Shown: one piece after another, positions 47,197-57,151 of the stretch
Position numbering within the stretch: position 1 is the first letter of the stretch
How the letters are laid out: the number at the start of each line of letters is the position of its first letter
Source of the DNA: an uncultured Gammaproteobacteria bacterium
GTDB taxonomy: Bacteria; Patescibacteriota; Microgenomatia; UBA1406; GWC2-37-13
Direction of reading: 5' to 3'
Assembly: GCA_964387955.1 (NCBI GenBank)
Contig: CAYLXX010000001.1
Coordinates: 11,993 to 75,992, forward strand
DNA: 64,000 nucleotides
The notes under the pieces: model-generated
What the model was told of the DNA's origin: nothing
Database searches by the model: none
The model's input: only the letters and a program-made list of their open reading frames with translations
Translations under genes and position numbers: made by a program

Positions 47197-48455
47197 GATT
47201 TGGTAACGACTTCTTGTTCTTGTCGTATTTTTAAAATCGAATTAGCAGGTAGGGCATCATAGACGACACTCCCTGGGTAAATATTTGAGTTGGCGCCGAT
47301 TGTTACTCCTGGCATAAACGTGGTATTGATCCCGCAGAAAACATTTTTAGCGATAATTGCACCCAATTTGCGTCTCGATGTCGGTATTTTTTTATCAGGT
47401 AGCTTCATGGAAACAGGTTGACCATCAATACGTAAGTTGGCAGTTGATGTACCGTAACTCGGGTTAACATTCTCCTCAAGAACTGAGTCATTGAGATAGT
47501 TGTGATGCAATTTGCACCCAGTGCCTACATAACTGCGACTAATTTCAGATGAAAAACCTATAGTAACATCATGTTCAACCATAGAATTTCTGATTAACGA
47601 GTGCTGGCCGATTTTAGAATTTTTTCCTATATAAGAAGGTCCGACAATCGCCGCAAAGTCATGGATTACTGCACCTTCATCGATATACACTTCCCCTGTA
47701 ATCGAAGCTTTTGGCGACACCTGGGCGGTGGGTGAGGTATATGATTTAATTGTTGTCTCCAAAATGAGCTGCATTACGTCAAGCACGTGGTAACTATATT
47801 TGAGCTTTTTCCAATTTCCAGTGTATCTTATAAAAGACACAGATTGCTGTTCCATAAGTTTATTTAAGGCTTGTTCATAGGTATCATCAGCATCCTGCTC
47901 TGTCTGTTTTAAAAGGGAAAAGAAAGCCACCGGTTTAGAAAAATAATGTGCAGTCAGAATCAATAAATTGCTTGGCTCTTCGCCTGGTTTAGGTTTCTCG
48001 ACGATGCCGGTTGCACGCTCGCCGTCAATTTTAAGGTATCCACCTGGAAAAGGTTCAGTGAGCTCGATACCAGGGACAACTGCATAAGCAGACTGTGCCT
48101 TTTCAAGGATTAATCTTAACAAATTATCATCAACAAGGTCAGCGGCGCTTTTGACTATAATCGACCGATCGCCAATTTCCTGCTCAATGGTAAGAAGAGC
48201 ATCGGCCATGCCTTGCGGCTGGGTTTGTTTTTTTGTCTGTATATTGAGCCCTTCGAGCTTAAAATAAGACAACCATTCATGGTTTATGTCTGAAGTGACG
48301 ATAAGAATATCTGTTAGCCCTACTCGTTTAGCCATCTCTAAGTTATACTGAATTAAGGGTTTGCCACAGAAGGGGAATAACGTTTTGTTAGGTGCAAGTG
48401 GGGCAAAGTTCTTGTTATTGCCTCCGGCTATAAAAACAAGCAATGGTGTATTCAT
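47193..48455 (-). CDS. sugar-1-phosphate nucleotidyltransferase with a C-terminal left-handed beta-helix (GlmU-like / archaeal-type bifunctional)
   Basis: N-terminal NTP-transferase fold (FIAGGNNKNF..PFCGKPLI). The C-terminus carries hexapeptide repeats (IGKNSKIGQHSLI, GVTIGANSNI). Confidence 0.65.
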   Translation of the reverse strand: MNTPLLVFIAGGNNKNFAPLAPNKTLFPFCGKPLIQYNLEMAKRVGLTDILIVTSDINHEWLSYFKLEGLNIQTKKQTQPQGMADALLTIEQEIGDRSIIVKSAADLVDDNLLRLILEKAQSAYAVVPGIELTEPFPGGYLKIDGERATGIVEKPKPGEEPSNLLILTAHYFSKPVAFFSLLKQTEQDADDTYEQALNKLMEQQSVSFIRYTGNWKKLKYSYHVLDVMQLILETTIKSYTSPTAQVSPKASITGEVYIDEGAVIHDFAAIVGPSYIGKNSKIGQHSLIRNSMVEHDVTIGFSSEISRSYVGTGCKLHHNYLNDSVLEENVNPSYGTSTANLRIDGQPVSMKLPDKKIPTSRRKLGAIIAKNVFCGINTTFMPGVTIGANSNIYPGSVVYDALPANSILKIRQEQEVVTKS

Positions 48456-48520
48456 ATCTATAATGTACCATTATTATACATAAAGTGGCATTTTTTACTA
48501 TCATAAGATAAAATTACCCT

Positions 48521-49492
48521 ATGAAAAAAGTAACAGTTTTAGGCGGTGGTACAGGCTCTTACGTAGTTTTGTCCGGCCTAAAAGAACGCTCAAACATCGA
48601 TTTGGCAGTAATTGTGAACATGATGGATTCGGGTGGCTCCACTGGCCGTCTTCGAGACCAGCTGGGTGTCTTGCCTCCAGGAGATCTGAGGCAATGCCTC
48701 GTTGCCCTGTCTGACGCACCGCTCCTTTGGCGCGAACTTTTCCTCTATCGATTTGAGCAAGGTGATCTTAAAGGCCATAACTTCGGCAATATTTTCTTGT
48801 CTGCCCTCGAAAAAGTGAGTGAAAACTATGATGAAGTGATGGAGACCGTAGAGTATGTCTTGAAAATCAAAGGCCAAGTTATCCCTGTTACATTTAGTAA
48901 GACGAATTTGGCAGTGGAGTATGAAAGCGGGCGAGTACTTAAGGGAGAAACCAATATTGACGAAAATAACTTCGAGCAAAGTCGTATCATAAAAGCCTAT
49001 TTAGAACCCCAGATTGAAGCCAACCCCAAGGCAATTAAGCGCATACTTGAATCAGATGTCATCATCGTTGGGCCTGGAGATCTCTATACAAGTATTATTC
49101 CGATTCTTTTGGTGAAAGGTATACGAGACGCGGTTTTGCAAAGTAAAGCCAAAATTATCTATATTCTTAACCTCATGAATAAAATGGGACAAACCGTTAA
49201 TTACAAAGGCAATGATTACCTACATGATATTGAGCATTATTTAGGCAATCAGCCAGATGTGACAGTGGTCAATAAAGGCGATATTCCAACCGATATTTTA
49301 AACTGGTATAAAAATCACGATGAATATCCAGTTGAAAATGATCTACAATTAAATGGATATAGGGGTGAAGTAGCCGAAGGAGACCTTGTTGATAAACATC
49401 AATTTCCCAAAACTACTTCTGATCTTTTGACTCGAAGCATCTTGCGACATGACTCGAAGAAACTGACCGAATTACTTGTGAAGCATATTTAA
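48521..49492 (+). CDS. YvcK/GlmR (CofD-like, UPF0052) family protein
   Basis: GGGTGSYVVLSGLK, DSGGSTGRLRD, PPGDLRQCLVALS, VGPGDLYTSI. Confidence 0.85.
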   Translation: MKKVTVLGGGTGSYVVLSGLKERSNIDLAVIVNMMDSGGSTGRLRDQLGVLPPGDLRQCLVALSDAPLLWRELFLYRFEQGDLKGHNFGNIFLSALEKVSENYDEVMETVEYVLKIKGQVIPVTFSKTNLAVEYESGRVLKGETNIDENNFEQSRIIKAYLEPQIEANPKAIKRILESDVIIVGPGDLYTSIIPILLVKGIRDAVLQSKAKIIYILNLMNKMGQTVNYKGNDYLHDIEHYLGNQPDVTVVNKGDIPTDILNWYKNHDEYPVENDLQLNGYRGEVAEGDLVDKHQFPKTTSDLLTRSILRHDSKKLTELLVKHI

Positions 49493-49495
49493 ATC

Positions 49496-49846
49496 ATGTT
49501 AAAAAAGCATACCATCTCCATAAAACACGCTTTTGACGGTATTGCTTACGCATTTAAAACACAGCCAAATTATAGAATCCATTTCGCCTTATCAATCCTG
49601 GCACTGATATTGGGCTGGTTGGTGAAAATTTCGTCTAGCGAATTTCTTGTAATTGTCGTGATGATTTTTATAGGATTGTCTCTGGAAACTGTCAATACTG
49701 CGATCGAGCAAGCCACAGATGCGATAGATACAAGTATCCGTGAAGATATCAGGATAGCTAAGGATGTATCAGCTGGTGCAATGCTGCTTTTTGCCATCGG
49801 CGCCACGATAATTGCTGCTATTATTTTTATTCCTAAAATTATTTAA
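49496..49846 (+). CDS. dgkA: diacylglycerol kinase / undecaprenol kinase DgkA family
   Basis: 116 aa with three TM helices. ETVNTAIE and AKDVSAGAML motifs of prokaryotic DAGK. Confidence 0.8.
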   Translation: MLKKHTISIKHAFDGIAYAFKTQPNYRIHFALSILALILGWLVKISSSEFLVIVVMIFIGLSLETVNTAIEQATDAIDTSIREDIRIAKDVSAGAMLLFAIGATIIAAIIFIPKII

Positions 49847-49849
49847 ATC

Positions 49850-50887
49850 ATGGCGCTCTATTTTTTTACCACTATTGTCTCTTTCTTGATTCACTTTATA
49901 CTCATCGTGCCATTTATTAACTTCTTATATCAAATGAAGCTTCAGCGAGCTAAACAGCAGACAAGAGATGCATTTAATAAGCCGACGCCAATTTTTGATA
50001 CGCTTCATAAGCATAAATCTGGTACTCCAGTAGGCGGAGGCATACTCATTGTTGCTGTTACATCGCTTCTTTTTATTTTTTTCCTTTTTTTTGCGATGGT
50101 TTTTAACTACCCGGTGATTTCCAACTATCAGTCGATTATCGCCGAAATCAAAATTATTCTGTTTTCCTTTGTAAGCTTTGCCTTTCTTGGTGTGTATGAT
50201 GATCTGAGTAAAATTTTCTTCTGGAAACAGCAGTCATTTTTTGGCATGAGACTGCGGCATAAGCTAATTATTCAAGTAATTTTGGCTCTTATTATTGCCT
50301 ACTGGATCTATTCTGAACTTAAAATTGACATCATCAATGTACCTTTCTTTGGCGTTTTTGAGATTTCGTGGCTGTATATATTTTTTGCAGCGTTTGTTAT
50401 CGTGGCGTTCTCAAATGCTGTAAATATTACCGATGGCCTGGATGGGCTTGCATCAGGCGCCTTAATGATTGCACTTCCCTGTTTCTGGATTATTGCCGCC
50501 TCGATTATCGACACGCCTACTTCACTTTTTATAGGAGTGTGGCTTGGGGGACTAATCGCCTTCTTATATTTTAATGTGTACCCTGCTCGTATATTTTTGG
50601 GTGATGCTGGTGCACTGTCTTTTGGAGCGACTTTTGCTGTTATAGGACTCATTTTGGGCAAAACGTTTGCGCTTCCTATTATAGGAGGCCTTTTTGTCTT
50701 GGAGGTGGGGAGCTCCTTTATCCAGCTTGCCGCCAAACGATTTTGGCATCGCAAAATTTTTCCAGTAGCTCCTTTTCACCTCTTTTTACAAATGAGAGGC
50801 TGGGAAGAACCCAAAGTCGTTATTAGACTATATATTATCTCCATCATTTTTGCCTTCATTGGACTGACCATAGCCTTCATGAAGTAA
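49850..50887 (+). CDS. mraY: phospho-N-acetylmuramoyl-pentapeptide transferase MraY
   Basis: GTPVGGG, NAVNITDGLDGLA, FLGDAGALSFG. About 10 TM helices. Confidence 0.95.
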   Translation: MALYFFTTIVSFLIHFILIVPFINFLYQMKLQRAKQQTRDAFNKPTPIFDTLHKHKSGTPVGGGILIVAVTSLLFIFFLFFAMVFNYPVISNYQSIIAEIKIILFSFVSFAFLGVYDDLSKIFFWKQQSFFGMRLRHKLIIQVILALIIAYWIYSELKIDIINVPFFGVFEISWLYIFFAAFVIVAFSNAVNITDGLDGLASGALMIALPCFWIIAASIIDTPTSLFIGVWLGGLIAFLYFNVYPARIFLGDAGALSFGATFAVIGLILGKTFALPIIGGLFVLEVGSSFIQLAAKRFWHRKIFPVAPFHLFLQMRGWEEPKVVIRLYIISIIFAFIGLTIAFMK

Positions 50888-50905
50888 ACGTGCTAAAATT
50901 AGCAC

Positions 50906-52240
50906 ATGAATCCTGTCATCGAAGATCTTAAAAAGCAATACAACGGTAAAAAAGTCTTAGTTGTCGGATTGGGTTTACTAGGAGGCGGTATGGGAGTGGC
51001 GGGATTTTTTGCAGGCCTCGGGGCCGACGTGACAGTCACCGATCTTAAAGGCGAAGAAGCATTACAAGACTCCATAAATCAACTTAAAAAATACAACATC
51101 AAATACATACTCGGTCGGCATGTGATTGAGAGTTTTGTAACCTCTGATTTGATATTTAAAGCTCCCAAAATGCGCTGGGACGCGCCCGAAATAGTTGCAG
51201 CAATTGAAAAGGGGATTCCGGTAGACATGGAAATATCGTTTTTTTTGAGGCATTGTCCTGCTCAAGTTATTGGCGTAACAGGTACACGCGGTAAATCAAC
51301 TACGACTCAAATGATTTATGAAGTTTTAAAGAATACCTCTTCTGCTCCAGTTCATATCGGTGGCAATATGCCTCATATTTCGACCGTGAATTTGCTAGAA
51401 GATATACAACCACTTGACACTGTAGTTCTTGAGGTTTCATCCTGGCAGTTGTCGTCTATGCACCGACACAAAATTTCTCCTCACATAGCGGTCTTTACGT
51501 CATTTTATCCTGATCATCTTGACTACTATAAAACTCTTAATGAATATTTATATGATAAAGAAGCCATCTATATGTATCAGAAACCAGAGGATACCTTGGT
51601 AATTAGTAAACAAGCCAAAAGCGCTATACAAGATCAAAGATTTCCGGCCAATGTCATTGAGTATAGTATGGCCGATTTCCCTCTGCGGCTGGAGCGTTTG
51701 AAAGGCGATCATAATATCGAAAATGCTGCGGCCGCCCTTAAGGTCACTCAAATTTTGCAAATCGATGAGGCCAAGGCGGACGCCATTATCGCCTCTTTTC
51801 GCGGTCTCCCCTATCGATTACAGCAAATTCGCAGAATTCATGATGTGACTTTTATAGATGACACAACTTCTACTACTCCAACTGCGACAGTGAAGGCTAT
51901 CGAAGCTTTGTCTGATAAGCCGATTGTGCTGCTACTTGGCGGGAATGCCAAAAATTTACCTTATGAGGAGCTTTTTAGTGCTCTTGAGAAAGTAAGCTTC
52001 ATTGTGCTTCTCCAAGGCACATTTACGAATCAAATTCAGGAGAAACTAGAGGTCAGATTTGCAGCCAAAATTACCAGAGCTTATGAAGACTTAAAACGGG
52101 CAGTTGAAATTGCTTACGAAAAGGCCTCAGAGTTGGGGGATTCATATGTGGTTCTTTCACCAGCAGCCACCTCTTTTTCGATGTTCAAAAACGAATTTCA
52201 TAGAGGGGACGAGTTTGACCGCATTGTAGGGGAGTTATAA
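50906..52240 (+). CDS. murD: UDP-N-acetylmuramoylalanine--D-glutamate ligase MurD
   Basis: N-terminal Rossmann motif VVGLGLLGGG, P-loop GVTGTRGKSTT, GDHNIENA. Confidence 0.9.
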   Translation: MNPVIEDLKKQYNGKKVLVVGLGLLGGGMGVAGFFAGLGADVTVTDLKGEEALQDSINQLKKYNIKYILGRHVIESFVTSDLIFKAPKMRWDAPEIVAAIEKGIPVDMEISFFLRHCPAQVIGVTGTRGKSTTTQMIYEVLKNTSSAPVHIGGNMPHISTVNLLEDIQPLDTVVLEVSSWQLSSMHRHKISPHIAVFTSFYPDHLDYYKTLNEYLYDKEAIYMYQKPEDTLVISKQAKSAIQDQRFPANVIEYSMADFPLRLERLKGDHNIENAAAALKVTQILQIDEAKADAIIASFRGLPYRLQQIRRIHDVTFIDDTTSTTPTATVKAIEALSDKPIVLLLGGNAKNLPYEELFSALEKVSFIVLLQGTFTNQIQEKLEVRFAAKITRAYEDLKRAVEIAYEKASELGDSYVVLSPAATSFSMFKNEFHRGDEFDRIVGEL

Positions 52241-52241
52241 T

Positions 52242-53357
52242 ATGAAGCGACTATCAGCACGGCCAGAAGAGCCCAAAAAACAAAGTCTATTTCGACTGCT
52301 CTTTTTTTTACCAATACTACTGTCTGTCATCGGTTTATTTTTTGTCTTTGAAGCCTCATCTGTGCGAGCTTTCTCAGAATACGGCGATAGTTTTAGGTAT
52401 CTTAAATTGCAATCGCTTTGGATAGTTATTAGCATTTGCGCCATGATTTTTTTCTCTTTTTTTGATTATAAAAAACTCTATTATTTAGCCTTTCCACTTC
52501 TTGCAGTTATCCTAGTGATGTTGGTGGCAGTACTTATACCTGGGATTGGTTCTCAAGCAGGAGGGGCACGCAGATGGATTGATCTTGGTTTTTTTTCACT
52601 GCAACCGACTGAATTTGCCAAAATGGCAACTATTATTTATCTATCTTCGTGGTTTGTCAATTACGAGAAGCACCGTTTTTTCTCTTTTTTTCTTTTACTT
52701 GGATTCATGATGTTTCTTATTATTTTGCAGCCTGATATGGGTACGGCACTTATCTTGTTTTGTGTGAGCGTTGTACTCTATTATTTAGCCGGTGTGCAGT
52801 TATATTACCTTGTTTTTTTTCTGCCGTTATCTTTTGTGGCATTTCTTGCACTCGTAAAAGTTTCTCCGTATAGATTCAAGCGCATTCTGGCCTTTTTTAA
52901 CCCGGCACTTGATCCCCAAGGAGTCACGTACCACATCAACCAAATTCTTATTTCACTAACCAATGGGGGATTGTTTGGTCAAGGATTTGGTGCTTCACGT
53001 CAAAAGTATTTGTTCTTGCCCGAAGCTCACACTGACTCAATTTTTGCAATTATTGGGGAAGAGGTTGGGTTTATCGGGAGCTTACTTCTGATTGCCGCGC
53101 TCGGATTTCTTGTGTATCAGATATATAAAGTTGCCTCAAGATCTCACGATCGATTCGGGTTTCTTCTAGCAGGAGGCGTGTTTGCACTTTTTAGTCTGCA
53201 AATTATTATCAATCTTTCGGGAATGGTTAATCTATTACCTTTAACTGGTGTACCTCTACCTTTTATCTCATACGGAGGCTCAAATCTTCTCACTTCGTTT
53301 ATCCTTATCGGTATTGTTTTGAATATCGCCAAAAAAAATAAGATTAAAACAGTTTGA
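52242..53357 (+). CDS. ftsW: SEDS peptidoglycan polymerase FtsW
   Basis: LQPTEFAKM, EAHTDSIFA and LPLTGVPLPFISYGGS motifs, in the dcw position after murD. Confidence 0.9.
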   Translation: MKRLSARPEEPKKQSLFRLLFFLPILLSVIGLFFVFEASSVRAFSEYGDSFRYLKLQSLWIVISICAMIFFSFFDYKKLYYLAFPLLAVILVMLVAVLIPGIGSQAGGARRWIDLGFFSLQPTEFAKMATIIYLSSWFVNYEKHRFFSFFLLLGFMMFLIILQPDMGTALILFCVSVVLYYLAGVQLYYLVFFLPLSFVAFLALVKVSPYRFKRILAFFNPALDPQGVTYHINQILISLTNGGLFGQGFGASRQKYLFLPEAHTDSIFAIIGEEVGFIGSLLLIAALGFLVYQIYKVASRSHDRFGFLLAGGVFALFSLQIIINLSGMVNLLPLTGVPLPFISYGGSNLLTSFILIGIVLNIAKKNKIKTV

Positions 53358-53368
53358 TACAATACTCT

Positions 53369-54070
53369 ATGCATCTTAAAATAGTTTCTTGGAATATTTG
53401 GATAAGCAAACACGTTCCCGAGGTAATAACCCAATTAAAAGAATTAAATCCTGATATTATCGGTTTGCAAGAGGTTATAGAAATTGCAGGTAATAACGCA
53501 GCTGATCAGATTGCAAACAAACTTGGTTACCATTACATGTTTTGTAAAGCTTTTACATCTGACAGACATACGCCAGTTCGCACCATAGGTAACGCCATTC
53601 TTTCAAAAATGCCTCTCGAGAAAATCTCCTGTGTACTTTTAAGTGATTTAGATCATTACAACGGTACACATACAACAGAACCGAGATCAGTTGGCCTGGC
53701 GACTTTGAGTAATACAGATTTAACAATTGGTACAACTCATTTAGGTTACACAAAAGATATGGTCGCCAGTGACTCACAAAAAATACAAGCAAAAACACTT
53801 CTTCAAGCAATTCCCGATAAAAAATTTATACTCATGGGTGATTTTAATTCATTACCAGATAGCGAAATTGTTACGACCATCGAAAAAAAACTAATCAATA
53901 TTAACAACGATGGCTCTATTCCGACTCGTTTGAATGAACACGATGCACCATATGATAAAGTAAGAATTGATTATTTTTTTGTAAGCCATGACATACAATA
54001 TTCCAATTTCATAGTCTACCCAACTCAAGCATCTGATCACACTCCTATATCGGTCGAGATTGAGATATAA
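53369..54070 (+). CDS. endonuclease/exonuclease/phosphatase (EEP) family protein, second copy
   Basis: MHLKIVSWNIW..IIGLQEV, MGDFNS, C-terminal ASDHTPISVEI. Starts 12 nt after the ftsW stop; the track TTG at 53354 would overlap it. Confidence 0.75.
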   Translation: MHLKIVSWNIWISKHVPEVITQLKELNPDIIGLQEVIEIAGNNAADQIANKLGYHYMFCKAFTSDRHTPVRTIGNAILSKMPLEKISCVLLSDLDHYNGTHTTEPRSVGLATLSNTDLTIGTTHLGYTKDMVASDSQKIQAKTLLQAIPDKKFILMGDFNSLPDSEIVTTIEKKLININNDGSIPTRLNEHDAPYDKVRIDYFFVSHDIQYSNFIVYPTQASDHTPISVEIEI

Positions 54071-54078
54071 TTAAAGCT

Positions 54079-55185
54079 ATGAAACTACTTATTACAGGCG
54101 GCCATGTTACTCCGGCCCTCGCTTTTATTGATGATGTTTTGGAGAAAAATCGACTGAAACCACAGCACATGGTTTTTGTAGGCAGAAAATATGTCTCATC
54201 AAAAGAAAGAGAACTTTCATTCGAGTATCAGGAGATTCAGAATCGCAAAATTAAATTTATTCATTTAGTAGCTGGTCGATTTACGCGCACTTTTTCTTTA
54301 CAAACTATCCGTAATTTACTGCTGGTGCCGATTGGATTTGTCAGAGCTTGGCAGATAATCTCTAAAGAAAAACCGTATGCTATCTTGTCATTTGGCGGCT
54401 ACATCGCTTTGCCGATCGCGTTTGCTGCATTCATACGCAGAATACCAGTATATACTCATGAGCAAACGCTGGTACCTGGTTTGACCAATAAGATTATCGG
54501 CCGATTTGCTCGTAAAGTATTTGTCTCTTTTCCTCAAACAGTAAAGTCGTTTCCTCGCCAAAAAACTATTTTATCTGGTAATCCTGTAAGGCAATATGTC
54601 TTAAGCGTTGAGAAAGCGGCCTTCACTATCAATAAAAACCGGCCAGTTATTTATGTTACCGGTGCCTCAACAGGATCTCATAGTATCAATGCTCATATCG
54701 AGCACTTGCTCCCTGATTTGTTACAGCACTACGTCGTTATCCATCAATCTGGCAATATGAAAGAATATAAAGATTTCGATAGATTAAGTGTTATGAGAGA
54801 GTCATTAGCGCCAGAGTTAAGAAAAAATTATTTTCTACGGACTCATTTTTTAACTGAGGAAATTGGACACGTCTATAAACTAGCAGATTTGGTCATATCG
54901 CGCTCGGGAGCCAATACAATCATCGAGCTAGTTGCTCTCAAAAAACCCTCGATTCTCATTCCGCTCCCTTGGTCGGCTTACAACGAACAGGAATTACAAG
55001 CGAAACTGCTCCAAAAAGCAGGTGTAGGCGAAATTTTTAACCAAAGAGACAAAAGTGAGAAATTGGCCGACCTTATAGCAATGGTGATGATGAATCTTGA
55101 AGACTATAAAAAAAATTTCGCCTCATTAAAAGACCTTTATAACCCACATGCCGCAGAAATCATCGCCAAACATATCCTTCGTTAA
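54079..55185 (+). CDS. murG: undecaprenyldiphospho-muramoylpentapeptide beta-N-acetylglucosaminyltransferase MurG
   Basis: ITGGHVTPALA G-loop, GASTGSHSIN, RSGANTIIEL, and the GT28 fold order. Confidence 0.9.
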   Translation: MKLLITGGHVTPALAFIDDVLEKNRLKPQHMVFVGRKYVSSKERELSFEYQEIQNRKIKFIHLVAGRFTRTFSLQTIRNLLLVPIGFVRAWQIISKEKPYAILSFGGYIALPIAFAAFIRRIPVYTHEQTLVPGLTNKIIGRFARKVFVSFPQTVKSFPRQKTILSGNPVRQYVLSVEKAAFTINKNRPVIYVTGASTGSHSINAHIEHLLPDLLQHYVVIHQSGNMKEYKDFDRLSVMRESLAPELRKNYFLRTHFLTEEIGHVYKLADLVISRSGANTIIELVALKKPSILIPLPWSAYNEQELQAKLLQKAGVGEIFNQRDKSEKLADLIAMVMMNLEDYKKNFASLKDLYNPHAAEIIAKHILR

Positions 55186-55870
55186 AATACTGTTTTTTTT
55201 GGGAGTGTGTGTATTTGGCCTTGCCGGGTATTTCTTTGTTAAAACATACTTTAAAGTTCAGATCATCCAAGTTCATGAAGAAGGCAAAAGCCACCTATTA
55301 CATATAAGAGGTATTGATGCCATTTCAGACTACAATCTTATTTTATCAAGTACTTCCAAACTAGCCAACTTTTTAAAAGCAAGCAATCCCACGATTAAAT
55401 CAATAGAGATTAAAAAACAATTACCCAACCAAATTACTATTATTTTATCGTTTTATAGACCTTTTGCATCACTTAAAGGCGATCGAGGCTATTTCATAAT
55501 CAGCTCAGATGGGACAATTTTATCAACTTCAAAAGACCCCAGCTCCGTTCTTCCACAAATAACGTACTATCAGCTATTGAGCATGTCTGAGTATAAAGTA
55601 GGTAACAAGCTTGATTTTGATGATATTAAATCAGCTTTAACATTTCTCCAATCCTCTCTTGATTTAGGATTGAAAACCTCTAAAATTGAAATTATTGGTT
55701 ATCATATGATAGCATTATATGCAGATAAAGAGAAAATCATCTTTAGTCAGGAAAAAGATATAAACACTCAAAAGTATCAATTTGAGACAATTATCAAAGA
55801 GTTTAGAGCACAAAACAAATCATTTAAGAGTTTGGATGTACGATTCGACAAACCAGTAGTGGTATTTTAA
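55148..55870 (+). CDS. ftsQ: cell division protein FtsQ/DivIB (POTRA-containing)
   Basis: N-terminal TM helix followed by a POTRA-like beta domain, in the position between murG and ftsA. Overlaps murG by 38 nt. Confidence 0.7.
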   Translation: MPQKSSPNISFVKILFFLGVCVFGLAGYFFVKTYFKVQIIQVHEEGKSHLLHIRGIDAISDYNLILSSTSKLANFLKASNPTIKSIEIKKQLPNQITIILSFYRPFASLKGDRGYFIISSDGTILSTSKDPSSVLPQITYYQLLSMSEYKVGNKLDFDDIKSALTFLQSSLDLGLKTSKIEIIGYHMIALYADKEKIIFSQEKDINTQKYQFETIIKEFRAQNKSFKSLDVRFDKPVVVF

Positions 55871-55875
55871 AAAAA

Positions 55876-57150
55876 ATGACAGATCAACTTATTTGTGGAA
55901 TAGACATAGGTAGCTCAAAAGTGGCGACAGTCGTGGGCGTCGAGTCAAAAGATCAAGCTGAGATACGAATTATCGGTTTTAACACCACGCCTTCCAGAGG
56001 GGTAAAAAAAGGGCTGATCGTAGATATCGATCAGGTAACTGGTTCAGTCGAAGAAAGCGTCGAAAAAGCCGAGCGCATGGCTGGTCATAAAATCACCAGA
56101 TCATATGTCTCAGTGGGCGGGCCGCATATTTCCTCTATTAACTCGCACGGAGTTGTGGCAGTCTCAAATCCTCAGTCTGAGATCGTAGCCGCCGATGTGG
56201 CCAGAGTGATTGAGGCGGCGCGAGCCATTTCGCTCTCAAGCACCCGACAAATTATCGAAGTCTCACCTCGTGAATATAGTGTCGACGGTCAATCTGGTAT
56301 CAGGAATCCAGTAGGTATGAGTGGGGTCAGACTCGAAGCAGACACACATATTATTACTGCTTCCTCTACTAATTTAAAAAATATTGAGCGCTGCTTCGCG
56401 GATTTAGGTATTGCTAATAATGGGTTTATTTTTGCAGGTTTGGCATCGGCCGAAGCTGTTTTAAATGATACAGAAAAAGACTTAGGCGCAGTACTTGTGG
56501 ATGTCGGTGCTGGCAAAATTGATGTCTGCATTTTTGTTGAGGGATCACTTTCTTATTCTGCATCTATTCCTATTGGTGCTAAGCATATAACAAACGATAT
56601 TGCCGTTGGGCTGCGAGTATCACTTGAGTCAGCCGAAAGAATTAAATTGTATTTAAGCAAACGCGCTCATCTGGCCGATCAATTCCAAAAAAAGAAAACC
56701 TATGAGGGAATTGATCTTAAAGATCTGCATATTCCCGAATCTTTGGGAGATGTTACTGCCAAAACCATTATTGAGGGCATTATCGGGCCCAGACTTGAAG
56801 AAATATATAGTTATATTGATGAAGAAATCGAGAAAAGTGGTTTTGAGAAACAAATTCCATCAGGGATCATTCTTACTGGCGGTGGCTCACTCACTATCGG
56901 TATGGTTGAGGCCGGTCGCAAATATGTTGGATTACCCATTCGAGTAGGTAAGCCGGAGCGAGCTACCGGTCTTGTCGATGAAATTATCGATCCGCAGTTC
57001 GCTACTACTATCGGCTTGATTTTTTACGGTAGCAGACATATAATGAAGGATCAGACTGGATCAAAAGATTTCAACGAAATTATCAAAAATTTCTCACTGA
57101 TGAAATCTTTTTCCAAGGTGAAAGATCTAGTCAAACAATTTATTCCTTAA
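55876..57150 (+). CDS. ftsA: cell division protein FtsA
   Basis: Actin-fold phosphate loops GIDIGSSKV and [16 protein letters not shown]-terminal amphipathic tail. Confidence 0.9.
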   Translation: MTDQLICGIDIGSSKVATVVGVESKDQAEIRIIGFNTTPSRGVKKGLIVDIDQVTGSVEESVEKAERMAGHKITRSYVSVGGPHISSINSHGVVAVSNPQSEIVAADVARVIEAARAISLSSTRQIIEVSPREYSVDGQSGIRNPVGMSGVRLEADTHIITASSTNLKNIERCFADLGIANNGFIFAGLASAEAVLNDTEKDLGAVLVDVGAGKIDVCIFVEGSLSYSASIPIGAKHITNDIAVGLRVSLESAERIKLYLSKRAHLADQFQKKKTYEGIDLKDLHIPESLGDVTAKTIIEGIIGPRLEEIYSYIDEEIEKSGFEKQIPSGIILTGGGSLTIGMVEAGRKYVGLPIRVGKPERATGLVDEIIDPQFATTIGLIFYGSRHIMKDQTGSKDFNEIIKNFSLMKSFSKVKDLVKQFIP

Positions 57151-57151
57151 A

